Translations under genes and position numbers: made by a program
Assembly: GCA_000708835.1 (NCBI GenBank)
Contig: DF237266.1
Location: forward strand, 39,314-103,313
Length of the DNA stretch: 64,000 nucleotides
Direction of reading: 5' to 3'
Source: Klebsormidium nitens
Lineage: Eukaryota; Plantae; Klebsormidiophyceae
In this document: piece by piece, positions 27,901-40,613 of the stretch
Layout of the letters: each line of letters starts with the position of its first letter
Position numbering within the stretch: the stretch's first letter is position 1
The notes under the pieces: generated by a model
Database searches by the model: none
Told to the model about the DNA's origin: nothing
The model's input: the letters and a program-made list of their open reading frames with translations, nothing else

Positions 27901-30900
27901 AGCCGCTCCTCCTGGTTGAAGATGTCGGCCTCGTCTAGTTCGCCGCTGGCCCAGCTGCCACGAAATAAATGAATCTCTTTTGGTACGATGTTACAAGAAC
28001 CCAGGTTGCTTGTTCCAAGGGAAAGGATGAGCGTCGAACCCAGACCGTAACTGCCAAACGAAGATGTTAATGAAGGTTAGGCTCTAACATCGAGTGATTA
28101 CAAAACGACTCACAGTCAGAGGAAGCGCCTTTAAAACATTAGACAAAGAAGTAGCTAGGTCGGAAGCTGGAAATTCAAGAATTTCAAAATACCGCCTATG
28201 GACTTGCCTCGTAGGGGGCAGAACAAACAGAGTTCCGAGAGACACGGTCGCTTACGTCTCACAATAGTACTCACTTTGCGGTGTGGCGGTCCGAATCGCT
28301 TAGGAGGCGCTGAAGGCGGCCTGCAACGCCGGGCTGGCGAGCGCTCTCTGAGGACATGCCGCTATGAGCATGGCTGAGATGAGACCGCCCCTCCTTCCAG
28401 TCTTCTGGCTCCGAACCAAACACGTTTGCGGCTGCAAGCAACGTTAAAAAAAGTCAACACGGAACAGAGCAGTGCTAATGCTTCCGGCCAGCATGCGCAA
28501 TTTACCTTGAAAGGTGCTGCAGCAAATCTCGTTGCATCTGTACTTGTCTCGCTTGCAGCTGGTCACCAAAACCAGTGGAATAAAGCTCCATGCTCTATCG
28601 GCTTCGGCGGTTTCAAACACACTTTCACTTAATGTGCAGATTAGTCATCGAAAACGCAATAAAGCTGCTCTAAGGTGCGCAAGTACTCTCTATTCTCCAT
28701 TTGGCCAGACTCATGCGTTTTTCGATGGTTTCAAAGTAACAAGTTCACCGGGCACCGAGGGCCCCACACTAGATAAAAAACGCTAGCGCTCCGACTAGAA
28801 CTAGCATCAGCAGGGATGAGCCAACGGGCTGAAGTTGGTTCCTCACCTGATTGACGTCTTGGCGTTCGTTGAGGCGTCCCATGCGGTGACCCCTGCACGG
28901 CGGACCAGTCCACCGACAGGATCGTCGTCTGCTCGAAGATGGGGGTCGCCGGCACCGACGTCGCCTCGGTGTGCTGGCCCGCCGCCACTCCCTTCTCGAT
29001 GTCTTCGAACACGGCTTCCAAGGGCGCGCGGTACGACAGCTCTCTGCCTTCTGCGATGGCCAGAAACGCGGCGCGCGCTCGCGCCTCCTCGAGGGCCTGG
29101 ATGGCGGCGACTTCTTCATCGACCAGAGGGATAGACACGCCGAGAGATTTGGTGGTTCCGCTGCCGGGGGTCATGGGCGTGGCGAGGCCGGACGGCTTGA
29201 CGTCCTCTGGTTTGATGAGCCACTCTTCCAGGGGGCTGGGCCCGACCTCCATGTTTTCAATGACGAGACCGAGCTCGTCGCTGACGTCCTCCCGGCCACG
29301 GAGATGCTGGAAGATGTGGCGGGCCTCAATGAGGCGTCCCTGAACACACCAGCAGGAGCACGATGGAACCCAACCAGAGATGACAGGATTTGCAAACGCA
29401 AACAGCAAGTCTCAAGGTAAGGAGGCATGGCGAGCTGAATGGTTAGTCTCATGCCACGCGCTCTAAGAGACAGGGTATGAAAAGTAACAAAGAGTTACGA
29501 GCCTCAACTTGTGCAAGAGAAGGTACAAATCCAATTTCTCGTGTCATCTAATTGATTGGCAACAACAAGTTACTTGTGAGAATCTGCACCAGCAAGTCCC
29601 TATGTTCGAACTGCCATTCAAAGTCAAGAGCCTATTTGGGGAGGAGCAGCTGAGGTCCTCACCTTCGAAGCAAGCCAGCGAGGGCTCTCAGGTAGAAGAT
29701 AAGCCAGAGCAAAGAAGAAGGATGCCGGAACCGCACTGAAGCCCAGCATGAGACGCCACTTCACGTCAGTTAAAGGAGCCAGGGAGAAGTAGAACGTGAC
29801 ACATTGGCTGAGCACCATGCCTGTGCTGCCTGCAAGCACAAACATCCTTCCTTAAGTGCGAGCTAAATACACCAGGCACAAGGGAGGTATGCAGGTGAAA
29901 AATATTACCATAATAAGCGAAGCTGGTCGCAGATCACCTGTATCTGCCATTGTTACAGCTAAAATACCTGCTAACTATTGCCAAAGGCTAAGATTGGACA
30001 TGAACAAATAGAAGAGATGTGATAGAGATAACCAGTGACAGTTTTGAGTGCTACACAGCTTGTTGTGGCCAGTTTTGAGAGTCGACAGCCCCAAGTAGAT
30101 TGCAAATTGAATTAAATTCAACAAAGACCTACCCATAAGCTGGCCAAAAGTCGTGAGACGGCCCCTTTCGGAAGCTGCATAAAAATGATGACAATGTCAG
30201 CTCAGGGAAGTGGAGAGTGCAAGAGAATGGATGCTGAGTGCAGCTTTGTCTACAAAACTCCAGATGGAAGATCACAAGACACCACACGTGTTTGCGGAAA
30301 GGTGATATTGGGGCAGAAGGCAGCAGAACTGCCTGATGACAATGAGTGCGGTTGCATCAAGTAGTCAATGAGTGGGAAATTGAAGCGCACCTGAGGCGCA
30401 CTCGGCCACGTAAACGCCTACAATGCTTGCCACAATCCCAATAGCAAGACCAATGATTGCTCGGCCTGCTATGAGGACCCAAACATTGGGCGACCAACCC
30501 GAGACACAAGCCCCAAGAAAGTAGACTGCAAGGAAAACAAAAACGAGTCAGCTCATTGCAGCCGTTCTGCCGGTCGTCAGATTGGTTTCATAATATGAGA
30601 CACTGGTTTTGCGAGTTCGAGCTAGTCAGCTCATCACTCAGCATGATGCAACAAGGAGCACTCAAAAATGAACTTCAGAAGGTTTTGTCTTCTTTCATTC
30701 AACTCGCAAATGAGCATATATGATCAAGGGCATACCTGCAGCACACACTTGCAGAAGCCTCTTCCGCCCGAACTTATCAGAAGAAGGTCCCGCAAAGAGT
30801 GTGGACACCACCCCGCCTACAAGAGTGGCCGAGACTATGGCCCCAGCAAGGCTTGGATTGTCCTCTAAGTGCAAGGCCGGCTGAATGTATAGAAGGGCAC

Positions 30901-31590
30901 CTGGAGCAAGTAAAGAAGGACAAAATCTATGAATGAGAAGAGTGCCAGCAGTACCTCAGCAAGCAGAGAATCAGGGATCAGGCACTTGTCAATGCAAGAG
31001 TGCAAAGCCGGTTTCAGCAGAGTGCCTGATCTTAAGCTGAAGGAACGTGTCAGTGCAACAGTTGATGCAAACACGTTCTTCTTAGCAGATAGCCTAATCT
31101 TGGAGTGGATTGAGTGACACTGCCAAGGACAACGCTCTGAACCTCGACAAATTCTCAAGCAGACAGAAAGATGTATCTCACGATCACCTCAACATGTTCC
31201 TCTGGTGGTAATTAGGATCAGGCAAGAAAAAGCATCATAAGCATTACGCCGCACACTCACCAGCAATGCAACCAGAGTCATAACCCTGCATCAGACGAAT
31301 GCACCTTGATTAGCAGCTACTTATTTAAGATGATTTGCTTGCTGAGGACCATGTTAGCGTACTATACCTGGAAACCTGAAAGAATCTGCAGCATGACCCT
31401 GCCTAATCCGGGAGTTGAACTGCAGCAAGAAGGAAGCAGAATCCGAATTACTTTACATACACTTTTTGCAAGTTTCAAGTCAGCTGGACACAGATCTTAC
31501 CCATGAAGCAATCATGGATCTGAAACTCACCTGCAGGTAGTTTCCAAAGCTTGCCGCAAGTGCCACCACGAGGGCCGACTTGATGAACAT
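24949..31590 (-). CDS. TST: Tonoplast sugar transporter / monosaccharide-sensing protein (TST/TMT/MSSP family, MFS) with long central loop
   Basis: MFIKSALVVALAASFGNYLQ|GYDSGCIAG|ALLYIQP...SDKFGRKRLL, GRAIIGLAIG...YVAECAS, SERGRLTTFGQLMG, WRLMLG...LPESPRWLASK, a long hydrophilic loop (~29340-26750), GINAVLYFTPTIL, MDSSGRRTLLLGTIP, GPVPTTLCSEIFPTRVRG, VPETKGLSME, stop at 24949. Confidence 0.92.
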
Positions 31591-32340
31591 TGTGGCCTTG
31601 TTTAGAGCTCGTCCAGTGACTCAAAGTGCATGCATAACTGATCAAGAACGTCTTACTTTGTGCCTACTCACTCAAATAATCACCCGCCGGAGACCTGCCA
31701 AAATATTATTCGTCCCTTGCCCTCCTCAATGCTGGCTAGATCGCCTCCCTCTCAACGCCTTCCGTGTGAAGGATGCTTTCTGAAAGACCCGTGCCACCCA
31801 TGCCAAGGGCCATGGCCATGCAGTTGGCAAGTTGCAACAGAATGAGAACGACACTTGACAGCGACTGTTCTTGTGCAGGCACTTTTTCCCTTCCGGAGGC
31901 CCATTTTCGTTGGTGTTTGACACCAGAAAACCAACCATTACCGCCAGAATCTCGACATCTCACCTCTGAAGCAAGCCACTTGTCCAGAATGATTGCAATT
32001 ACTGCACGTGGATGCTCTTTATTCGACCAAGATGGCAAAGTCTTCACGTGGAACCCGTGGCTCCGGATCACTTTCTGATCCGGTGTTAGCTCGGTAATGG
32101 TTCCACTTTTTCAATGCAAAGTTCAAGCCGATCTGAGCAGATCATGATGCTGGCAGTGGTGCAGCTCACAGCTGATGGGCTTGGATGTCCAGCGAAGCGC
32201 AATGCACAGAACTTGAAAGGCGGAGAAGTTAATTTAAGTTGGGAGATTGATCGTGAACGTGATTGTGAGGGTCTGAAGAGTGAATTTTCGTGTTGATTAC
32301 ATCAACAGCTTAGCGCGTACAGCCTCGGTGTTGATGTGTA

Positions 32341-35300
32341 ATGATCGCTCGTCTTCTAATGGCATGCACGCAAAGGACTTGCGTGAAGCTTCAAAGCTGT
32401 TGGCAATTGCGAACTTCATTTTCAACGAGATCACATTTGCCAGTTCTGAGTACTCATTTTAAATTCTTCTCCTGCTGTTTACATGAGTGGCCCAGCTCAG
32501 TGTTTCCTCAAGGTTGTGCGACGCCAGTAGGTAAAGTGGATGCGCTGCCAGCTGGAACCTGGTGCGCTCAACACTTTGGTCAAAGTTGGGAGGATGGGAG
32601 GCTCAATGGAAGAAGGGGAGTAGCTGCCGCTGCCGGCACCAGGGTGGGTCTAAGAAAATTAAAAAATGGGTTGGGACAACTTGGTACGCTGAAGGAACCA
32701 GGTTGGGTTGGCGAAGAACAAGAAGAAGAAGTTACAGGGAAGAGCAAGAACCAGCGCAAGAGGGAGGCTTCTACAGCGCTTGAATTGGCCTATGACCTGG
32801 CAGATTTGTCTCCAAAGAACCTGAAACAGGTTGTCAGGTATGGCTAGCGCGCTGTATGGCACACTTGGCCCCATACAGCGCCACATTCCTGTAAAGCTGT
32901 CATACTTATTCGGGGCCTGGACGAGCTCAACATATCATAGAGGCATGCACATCTTTCAATTGGTCAATAGAATCCATGGCTTGATAATCGAGGGCATTCA
33001 CTACACTACCACCACAAACTGGGGGATCATCATTGACGTAGGATGCACTGGTGCTGTAAACACAAAGCTGCGTTCTTTCGAACATGCCCATCAAAAGCCC
33101 ATGAATTTGTTGAAGCGAAATAACGTTGGATGTTCGCCAGCAGTACTTCGTACAGATGCCCTTCTAAAGTACAGGCTGCTTCTGCTGCAGTGTCAGTGGC
33201 ATGCCTGCGGAGATGCTGGAAGCAGTCACCCTTGCAAAGGTGAGAATTCAATGTGTTCAAGGGGATATAGTGTTCAACAAAGGGTCTCTTCAAACAGAGC
33301 AGGTGTAGTTTTGATTTTCAGCGACGGTACAGCAGGGGTCGCAGCGGTACCTGCTACGAAAACACTGTGGGTGTATTTTTACACAGTACGATCATACGTC
33401 AGCGAAAACACCGAGATGATCGAATCTTCACCACGGTGTAGAGCGCGGTGAAGAAGATGGTGTTGCAATAACCATTTTTGACGGTTGCAAGGAGACTACT
33501 TTTGTTTACGGAAGCTACCCCCCGGAAAATTTCCGAACGAACAGGGGAACTCGAGCAAAACAACACCTCGAGCCATTTGCGGAAAACAAGACCCGCTTTG
33601 TGTGTAAAAACCCGTAGTCCCATGACCAGGCAAGTAAACAATGGGAACAAATCTCCGGAATGACATGTTAGGATCAGCCCCCTGCAGTCTACCGCTGTTT
33701 CATAGTCGAACACCTTGACTTTTTGGGAACCTCCTGCGAGAGGGCCCGCAGCCTCCAAGTGTCTGCTAGCATGTGTAACTTGACAGCCTGTTGTACCTCT
33801 TCGGAAGCCAAAGCCTTTTCACTAACAATGATGTCGGTACCGATTGGGGGGAATGCCCTTCATGACAAATCTCCACTGACTCCCTACCTCATTTTTGCAG
33901 GGTCTCGGCATCGATGCAAAGAACGGCCGGAAGCGACAGTATGCTTTCGTCGCGAAGCTCTTCCGTGAACACGATATGGACGTTGAGGAGGTGTACGAAA
34001 TCATACGAGCAGCAAAGGACGGGACAATACAAGCAGGACCGCCAAGCTCCAGCAGTTCGGTACGCTTGCTTCACGTTTCGAGGCCCTTTACCAAGAGATT
34101 TTTTCGATGTCCACAGAAATCGTGCCCATTGTGGAAGCAGCTGAAGGGTTTCTGTGAACGGTTTCCAAACGTTTGTGCCATCAGCTTTTGCATATGACCT
34201 AGGTCGTGTTTTTTAAGTAAGGCCTATATAGATCAATCAGGTGCTCCTCAAGCCTCAGTGTTAGTCGACTCAAGCTCGACAGGTTGCGGAGTCGAGTATC
34301 GAATACAAGTACCCAGTCTTGATTTCTGAACACAAAGTGGGTACGCATGTTGTGGACGGTTCAGCATCCTTCCGCTTAACACCTCCTAGCTTCTTTTAAC
34401 GGTCCTTGCCTTCCGATCTCGACAGTGTTGGTGCTAACCATTTCGTTAGCATGGGCACACCGCAAGCCCCAACTTAAAAACGATTCGTTTGAGCGGGGGC
34501 TACCTCTCTTCATGGAATGGGCTTTTGGGTGTCCACTTAGGCCGGAAATGATTCCATTCAACCCTCTGGCGAACAAGCAGAGACGGGCCTCTCTTGTCTG
34601 ATGCGATCAGCTGTTAGAAACGGGAGCACTCTCTTGCCGCTCTTGCAGGCTTTGTCTTCTCCAGAAGACGATCTGACTGACGGGAGTTCGGAGTGCGGGA
34701 GCAGGGCAGCCGTTTGGGCATCAGGACTGTTGAGAAACGACCCGGACACAGCTGACGAGGTTTACTCGCTGAGTGACGTGATCGATGGGCAGGTGGGAAC
34801 ATACTTCTTCGTGTTCCGATTCTGCTTGCCAGCGTTGCATCTTAAGCTGTTGGCAAAACTGTCCAATTCGACCTCACGTTTACGAGCGACCGTGGGAAAC
34901 TTCACTCCTGGGCTTTTTCATGCTCGAGGAAAGTGTCTCGTGCCCAGCTGAACGTCGAAGGACAGAGTTTTCTACGTGCTGGCTCGTGTGATCCTTCTTT
35001 GTGTCGGGCGTCTTGCAAAGTCGCACATGTTGAAAGGATGGCCAGCGGGACTGGCATAGTATTTCCAGAATAGTCGAGGGCGGGTTGTAAACGGACGCAT
35101 ATGTTGAGCAGCAATGGCTTTCCAATCCAATTTAGAAGAGACGTGCTTAGGCAAGCTGATGATACCTCGCTGAGTACGTCTACGAAGCCTTTTCATTTTC
35201 CAAAGCGGATACAAGTCTATGAGGTAATTTGTTCTCATATGCCAAATGTTTGCAGCACCTTCGACAGCTTGTCCGCAACGCACAGAAGGAGCTCGCAGCG

Positions 35301-35450
35301 AATGAATCACAACAAGCCGAGGAGCCTAGCTCCGATGCAAAAGAAGGCCTTCCGACGAAGCCGGTGCAGCCAAAGCCGCAAACAAAAGCACAAAGCGCTT
35401 TAAGACGCTATCTTCAAGATGTGGCAGTGAGGATAGAGGAGATGGAATGA
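32341..35450 (+). CDS. UPF0307 / DarP (YjgA, DUF615)-like ribosome-associated protein with N-terminal organellar targeting-like extension
   Basis: Motifs KSKNQRKREASTALELAYDLADLS, VSGMPAEMLEAVTLAK|GLGIDAKNGRKRQYAFVAKLFRE, and C-terminal HLRQLVRNAQKE...KAQSALRRYLQ match the YjgA pattern; exon phases are consistent. The start codon at 32341 is inferred. Confidence 0.85.
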
Positions 35451-36584
35451 TTTTCTGCGTCTTTAACCTGAAGAAAGGAGCTATCAGTCTGCTGTCTGGG
35501 TGATGGAGAAAGGTCTGATATGATCCGAGCCCGACGGCGCCAGGCGATCACCATGCGCACAGCAGAAACTTCCTATGCATCCGGGAGACATCGAATATCA
35601 GTCTGAACAGTCCTGATGCGCTTGTTGCAACCTGTTTTAGGGCCGTCATATAGGAACCTCACGATGACGCATACATATGCTTCCGAAGTTCATCTTCTGT
35701 GCGCATACTACTGTACTCTTCCGCTTATTCACCATTCGAATTATGGCAGCGCTGTAGCTTAATACGTTTTGAAAGTGGTATATACGGTAACATCCGACCA
35801 TAACTTACTTATATACGAGGCGCGGCCGCGGTGCCGCTGAACGGGCCCGGCACTGACTGACTTGTTAGTGCATTTGCACTAGCCCGCTCAGGGCCGCCAC
35901 CGGCCCATGACCATGATGCTATATAGAATCACCGCATCAATCTTAGACAGATCATTGCAACGGTCGATCGGACCATTGCATGTGATCATCAGTGCGTATG
36001 CTAGCTTGCATCATGTAGGCCGCGGCTCATGTTCTTGCAAGATTTGATCATGAGTATTTAAGCAGGAAGTGAATTGTGCTCGTCTCGTTCTTCGATTGAA
36101 TATGAATGGACCGACTTGATATACCAGCTAGGACGGTCAGCCAGCTGGCACCTGATTGCGCGTCTGATTGAACAGAAGACTTGCTACAAGTCTTGCTTCG
36201 GATGTTCACGTTCTAGTAGAATTGTACAGAAAAATTCAGCTTTCAAACCGTCCAATCAAAGCATGATCTCGCTGCGGCCACCGAACTCTTTTCCAGCCAG
36301 TCTCCCGAACCCTTGATTCTAAGTAGCTACTGTCACACTTGCCAATTTAGCACCTGATGAAACGAGTGCACAGACATACGCTCATGTAGCTAGAAAGCTC
36401 AGTTACTACACCTGCATTCGCAAATCTAGACTATCTCGTCTATTCCCTCCAGCGCTCTTTTCGAAGGCCCTTCGTTCACAAGACAGCCTCTTGCCGAGGC
36501 CCCTTCTGCTCAACTAGGAGGTAACCCCTGCTGAACAGCATTCGTCTTCGTGCAGGGACTTCAGGCAAGCAAATACACTCCCTG

Positions 36585-37851
36585 TCATAGTTTGACAGCT
36601 AGAACCACGCCCGCTACCGGCCCCACTAGCCCCACCATTATGGTATTTGTCACCACATTGTTGGCCTGCCGGATTAATGGTGCCTTCATAAAGAACTTTG
36701 CTATGAAGCTCCCCCCCGCCGCAAAGAGACAGATTCGACGCCCCCGGAATACGAGGACCCTGGCGTAGACGGCTCGCGCGAGCTCTTGAAAGTGTTTCCG
36801 TTTCAGGTTCCGGCGCCGGTCGAAGGTCTTCTGTTCCCGAGCTCCGGCCTCGAGGTCCTGGGGGCTGGGCCGGAAGAGGCAGATGCGGCCAAATCGTGAG
36901 TCACCGCTTCCCGCAAGCTTATCATACACCTGCGATAATGCGGCGATTGGTGGGGCTAGTGCTAGCTAGGGCCAATCCAGCCAGTGCAGAAAAGTGAGCT
37001 CTGCATAAACTTTGTGGCTCCTTGGGATGCTGCAGGCTGCACACTTGCAGCGTGGACGGCGACTTGTGCGACACGTCAGGGAGTCAGACAGGCTGGGATA
37101 ATGGTTGAGTCTAAGGAAGGACAGTGCTTGTCAAGCATGACACAAGGTTTTTAGAAGATAGGAGGCCAGAAGTTGTTTGATGTGCGGGTGACAGGACCAA
37201 CTCTACCATCGCAACTCTCTGCAAGCATTGTATTACACAATTCACAGACTCCCTGAGGTTTGAAGCAAGGGAACAATTCAAAGTAAAGACTGGTCTGACT
37301 TGCTCAGATTTACATCTTCGCCAATTGCCAGGTGTTCAAGACCGACCGTGCTTCTCTACAAGGAGAAGCTCCCTCTGAATTGTTTTGAGTCATGCCACAG
37401 CATTCTGCACTACGACGCCTCCAGCCTGAAGGCCCCCAGCTCAAAGTCAGCAAACCACATTGCCTACAGACACTGCATGATGGCCTTAAGATTAGGCTAA
37501 AAAGGCTCAATCCTGCATGAATTCTCCCAAAGCACACTTCATCACGGCAGCATGCAAGCTGGCACCGCTCACCAGCTGCAAAGCCCCCAGCACTTGGTAG
37601 TCCTCCAGGTAGCTCCCTGCATTGCACGATGCGCACTCATCAAAGCTCTCTTCCACAGCCCTCACGAAAGCCGGCCAGTTGTCGAGCTGCTTCTCAATTG
37701 CGTTGGGTGTGTGGACGGGAGTCTTCACTTGCGCTCCTGCAGCATCCAGCGTATCTTGGGCGTTTGGTCTTGGCACGAGCACATTGGTTGCGCTGGCGGT
37801 CCTCTCCATTGGAGGCCGGAGGCTCACTGCCCTGCCAAGAGTCCCATTCAT
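36585..37851 (-). CDS. EF-hand-related membrane protein (resembles the plant At1g64850-type family), two exons
   Basis: Exon 37851-37573 (phase 0, GTGAGC donor) joins exon 36929-36585: ...LEDYQVLGALQL|VYDKLAG...FRPSPQDLEAGAREQKTFDRRRNLKRKHFQELARAVYARV... followed by two hydrophobic segments. The LxVY..F.PS..D....F pattern plus C-terminal TMs recalls that family (from memory, not searched). Confidence 0.6.
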
Positions 37852-38300
37852 GAAAGCGTAACGTGCTGGCTTTCCCGGGATTCAAAGTGCAACTAGGTAC
37901 CTATGAATCTGATGGACTTCACAACCTGGCGCCTATGCTTGAACCTGCATCGTTCATGCAGATGATTTTGCCACCATGCTTTGATTCTGTCCCAAATGAC
38001 GGTCCACAGATCTACGAACCCTAACTTTTGAATTGACCCCTGTCTAGATTGTGTATGCCTTGGAAAGGAAGATGTGCGGTCCGATGAGTGATCCAGAGGT
38101 CAGGATCAAGCCACGTCAAAACTTATCGGCTTCAGATTCCAAACGGGGTGGAAGTGCTGATTTTAGGGTTTGCTCGAGCTTCGTGACAAGCTTGCGCACA
38201 GTTTCTTCTGACAGTGACAAACTTTTAGTCCTCCACGCACAATCTTTTACTTTGACTAGGACTATTACTATCAGCCGCTTTCCATCTGCGGAGCAATCCA

Positions 38301-40613
38301 ATGGGTAGCCAGGCGATGAGCGGGAGGGTATCTCAGCAGTTGGCGCGGAGCTTCAGCTTGCTGCAGAAACATGGGTCGGGGTCTTTGACTGCCAGGTCAG
38401 GTGTTCGAAGACTGTATGGCCATAATGCTGCAACGCTCTTACAGAAGCAACCAAGATCATCAAGAGCAGAACCAAACGCGGCAAAAAGTATAAACGTAGG
38501 TAGAAACTCAACTCCGAGGAGCGAGAAACTAGATTGGGGGCCCTTGTATCCATTGGCGGGGCTTAGGGAGAGATCGGAGCTCATTGGTGGAGATTCACAA
38601 CGGGCGGGCTTCAGCGCCCGAGCTTCAGCAGAAGCCCAGACGGTGGCGAGGGACAATGCTGAGGTGGCGAGCGCGCCGCTCCCGGTGGAAGAAAAATGGG
38701 AAATCAAGATGCTTTATGATGGAGAATGCCCATTGTGCATGCGTGAAGTGAGCACACGAGACCCTCACTTGGAACAGGGAACTCAGCGGAAAGTATCATT
38801 GGTCATTGGGCTTGACCACATCCATAGAGTAGAATGGCTGTAGTCTCAGGTAGCTTACTGTTACCCCGCCCTTCGTGATCAAGGGCAGCCATGAAAGAGG
38901 CCCCTTGTGAGGTGTTCTGGCGTTGCTTTCCAAACTGGCCTTGCATTAATTCTCCAGGGCGAAAACTGCTCTACCTGTTTTTCGAAAGGGCCGAGCGTCT
39001 GAACGAAGTAACGAAGGCTACTGGTTGAGTTCCTGGAACGCTAGCATCTAGATGCGGGGGACATCCTTGTCGGGTGGACGATCATGAGATTGACTAATGT
39101 ATGAGGACGTTCCATTGAGCGCACACCACTTTTCCTACCACCACAAGATATCTTAAAGAACTTGAAAATGTATGAATTGGAAAAGCTGAAACTGTTCCCT
39201 GACAGAACCGTCGCTCCTTGCAGGTTGACATGTTGCGGAAGCGGGATGCCGGGAGCGGCAAGATCAACTTTGTGGACATTGCATCAGACAGCTATGACCC
39301 GTCAGAGAACGCCAACATTGATTTCGAGGCAGCCATGGGCAGGATACACGGAATCCAGAGGGATGGGACAGTAGTCACAAACGTTGAGGTATGGGCCAGC
39401 CATGAACTCCTCGTAGGTCTTGGCTTTGTCGGATGTTTCTTGATCTTGTTAGTGAATGCAATGTCCGTCACTTGCCACTTGTGGACTCGTTGTCGGTGTT
39501 GACAGGTCGCAGCCTACATACAGCCGCACTTGCTTGTCCTGGCGCACTTACGAACTTGACTTTCTGTACACGACATGTGAACTAATGGGGATTGGGAGCA
39601 ATTTCGAGCAAGGTTTATCACCTTTTAAATCTGATGTCGACCGTCCTTCTCCGCAGTTTTTGAACGCTGGTTTCAATTGATCACGTGGAGCTCGACGCAC
39701 ATGCTTGGTACATTTTAACCTATGGCAAGCTGGCGCAAATCAAATCTGTGTGCTACTTCGGGAATACACTGATCATTTACTGATTCCTGTAAAAGATTAG
39801 TGGACCAGAACCGCTCGAGCTTGGACCTGAACACTCTTTCTGAAGGCTACTTGGGACTCGTTGACCAAAGTAAAACGGTCTGCATCGCAAAGATACAAAG
39901 CGTTCCAGACCGTGGCAAGTGATTCCGTCTTTCACAGGTTTAATGTTGTCCAGGCTTCGGCCCTTGTATCGCCTGCACAACTGAGCAACCGCTTTGCCTT
40001 GCAGGCCTTTCGAAAGTTCTACGAGGCTGTCGGTCTTGGCTGGGTGTACGCAATCACGAAGAACAAGGCCGTGTTGAAGGCAGCAGACGCGGTGTATGAT
40101 GTCTGGGCCAAGTACAGGATGCAGGTTACAGGGAGGCCGCCGATTGAGCAGGTCCTGGAAGAAAAGAGGAAGCGGCAGGTGAGAAATTGCTCGCGGCACA
40201 GCTCTTCTGTACCTTGAATCTTCGGCCGACCTCCTCTTGGAAACAACTTTCTCCATGTTCTCGGTGGTCTTTCATGTTATCCTCTGACGGAGTGCGTCCT
40301 AAGTTCTCCAAATTATCTTCGGTTGCATTGATGCTCCCCACCGTGCTCGGTGCTCGTCTTCCGTTGGACCGAAAAGGGGCTTCTTCAGATGGACGAACTG
40401 GAGTATTGTTTGGAGGGCGGCCTTCGAGTCAATCTCCGAGGACAGCCATGCAACTCACGAGCAAATCACTTGCTAATTCTATTCGAACCTGGACTTTGAA
40501 AGAACGGTCTAGTCGCTCGGGTTTTGACGAAGTGCGTTCCTGTGTCCCTGTCGCAGGAACAGCTGAAAGGAGCCAGCAAAGATCGATGTCGGATGGACCC
40601 TACCGAGTTTTAG
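38301..40613 (+). CDS. DCC1: DCC family thiol-disulfide oxidoreductase (DUF393, DCC1-like) with targeting peptide
   Basis: WEIKMLYDGECPLCMREV (DxxCxxC) | DMLRKRDAGSGKINFVDIASDSYDPSENANIDFEAAMGRIHGIQRDGTVVTNVE | AFRKFYEAVGLGWVYAITK...VWAKYRMQVTGRPP. The last small exon (40557-40613) is tentative. Confidence 0.9.

Noticed and set aside
28835-29420. Several long plus-strand ORFs opposite the TST loop exon (similar cases at 17137-17592, 25813-26196 and 26713-27149)
   Set aside because: Antisense shadows of high-GC3 coding exons, which lack stop codons on the other strand.
30548-30638. Box C/D snoRNA-like pair (GTGATGA ... CTGA) on the minus strand in a TST intron
   Set aside because: The CTGA coincides with the intron branch-point sequence, the terminal stem is only about 3 bp, and no guide complementarity was evident.
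32831-33451. 206-codon ORF inside the DarP-like gene
   Set aside because: It spans introns and a real exon in another frame, has no recognisable motif, and an ORF of this length can arise by chance in 64 kb across six frames.
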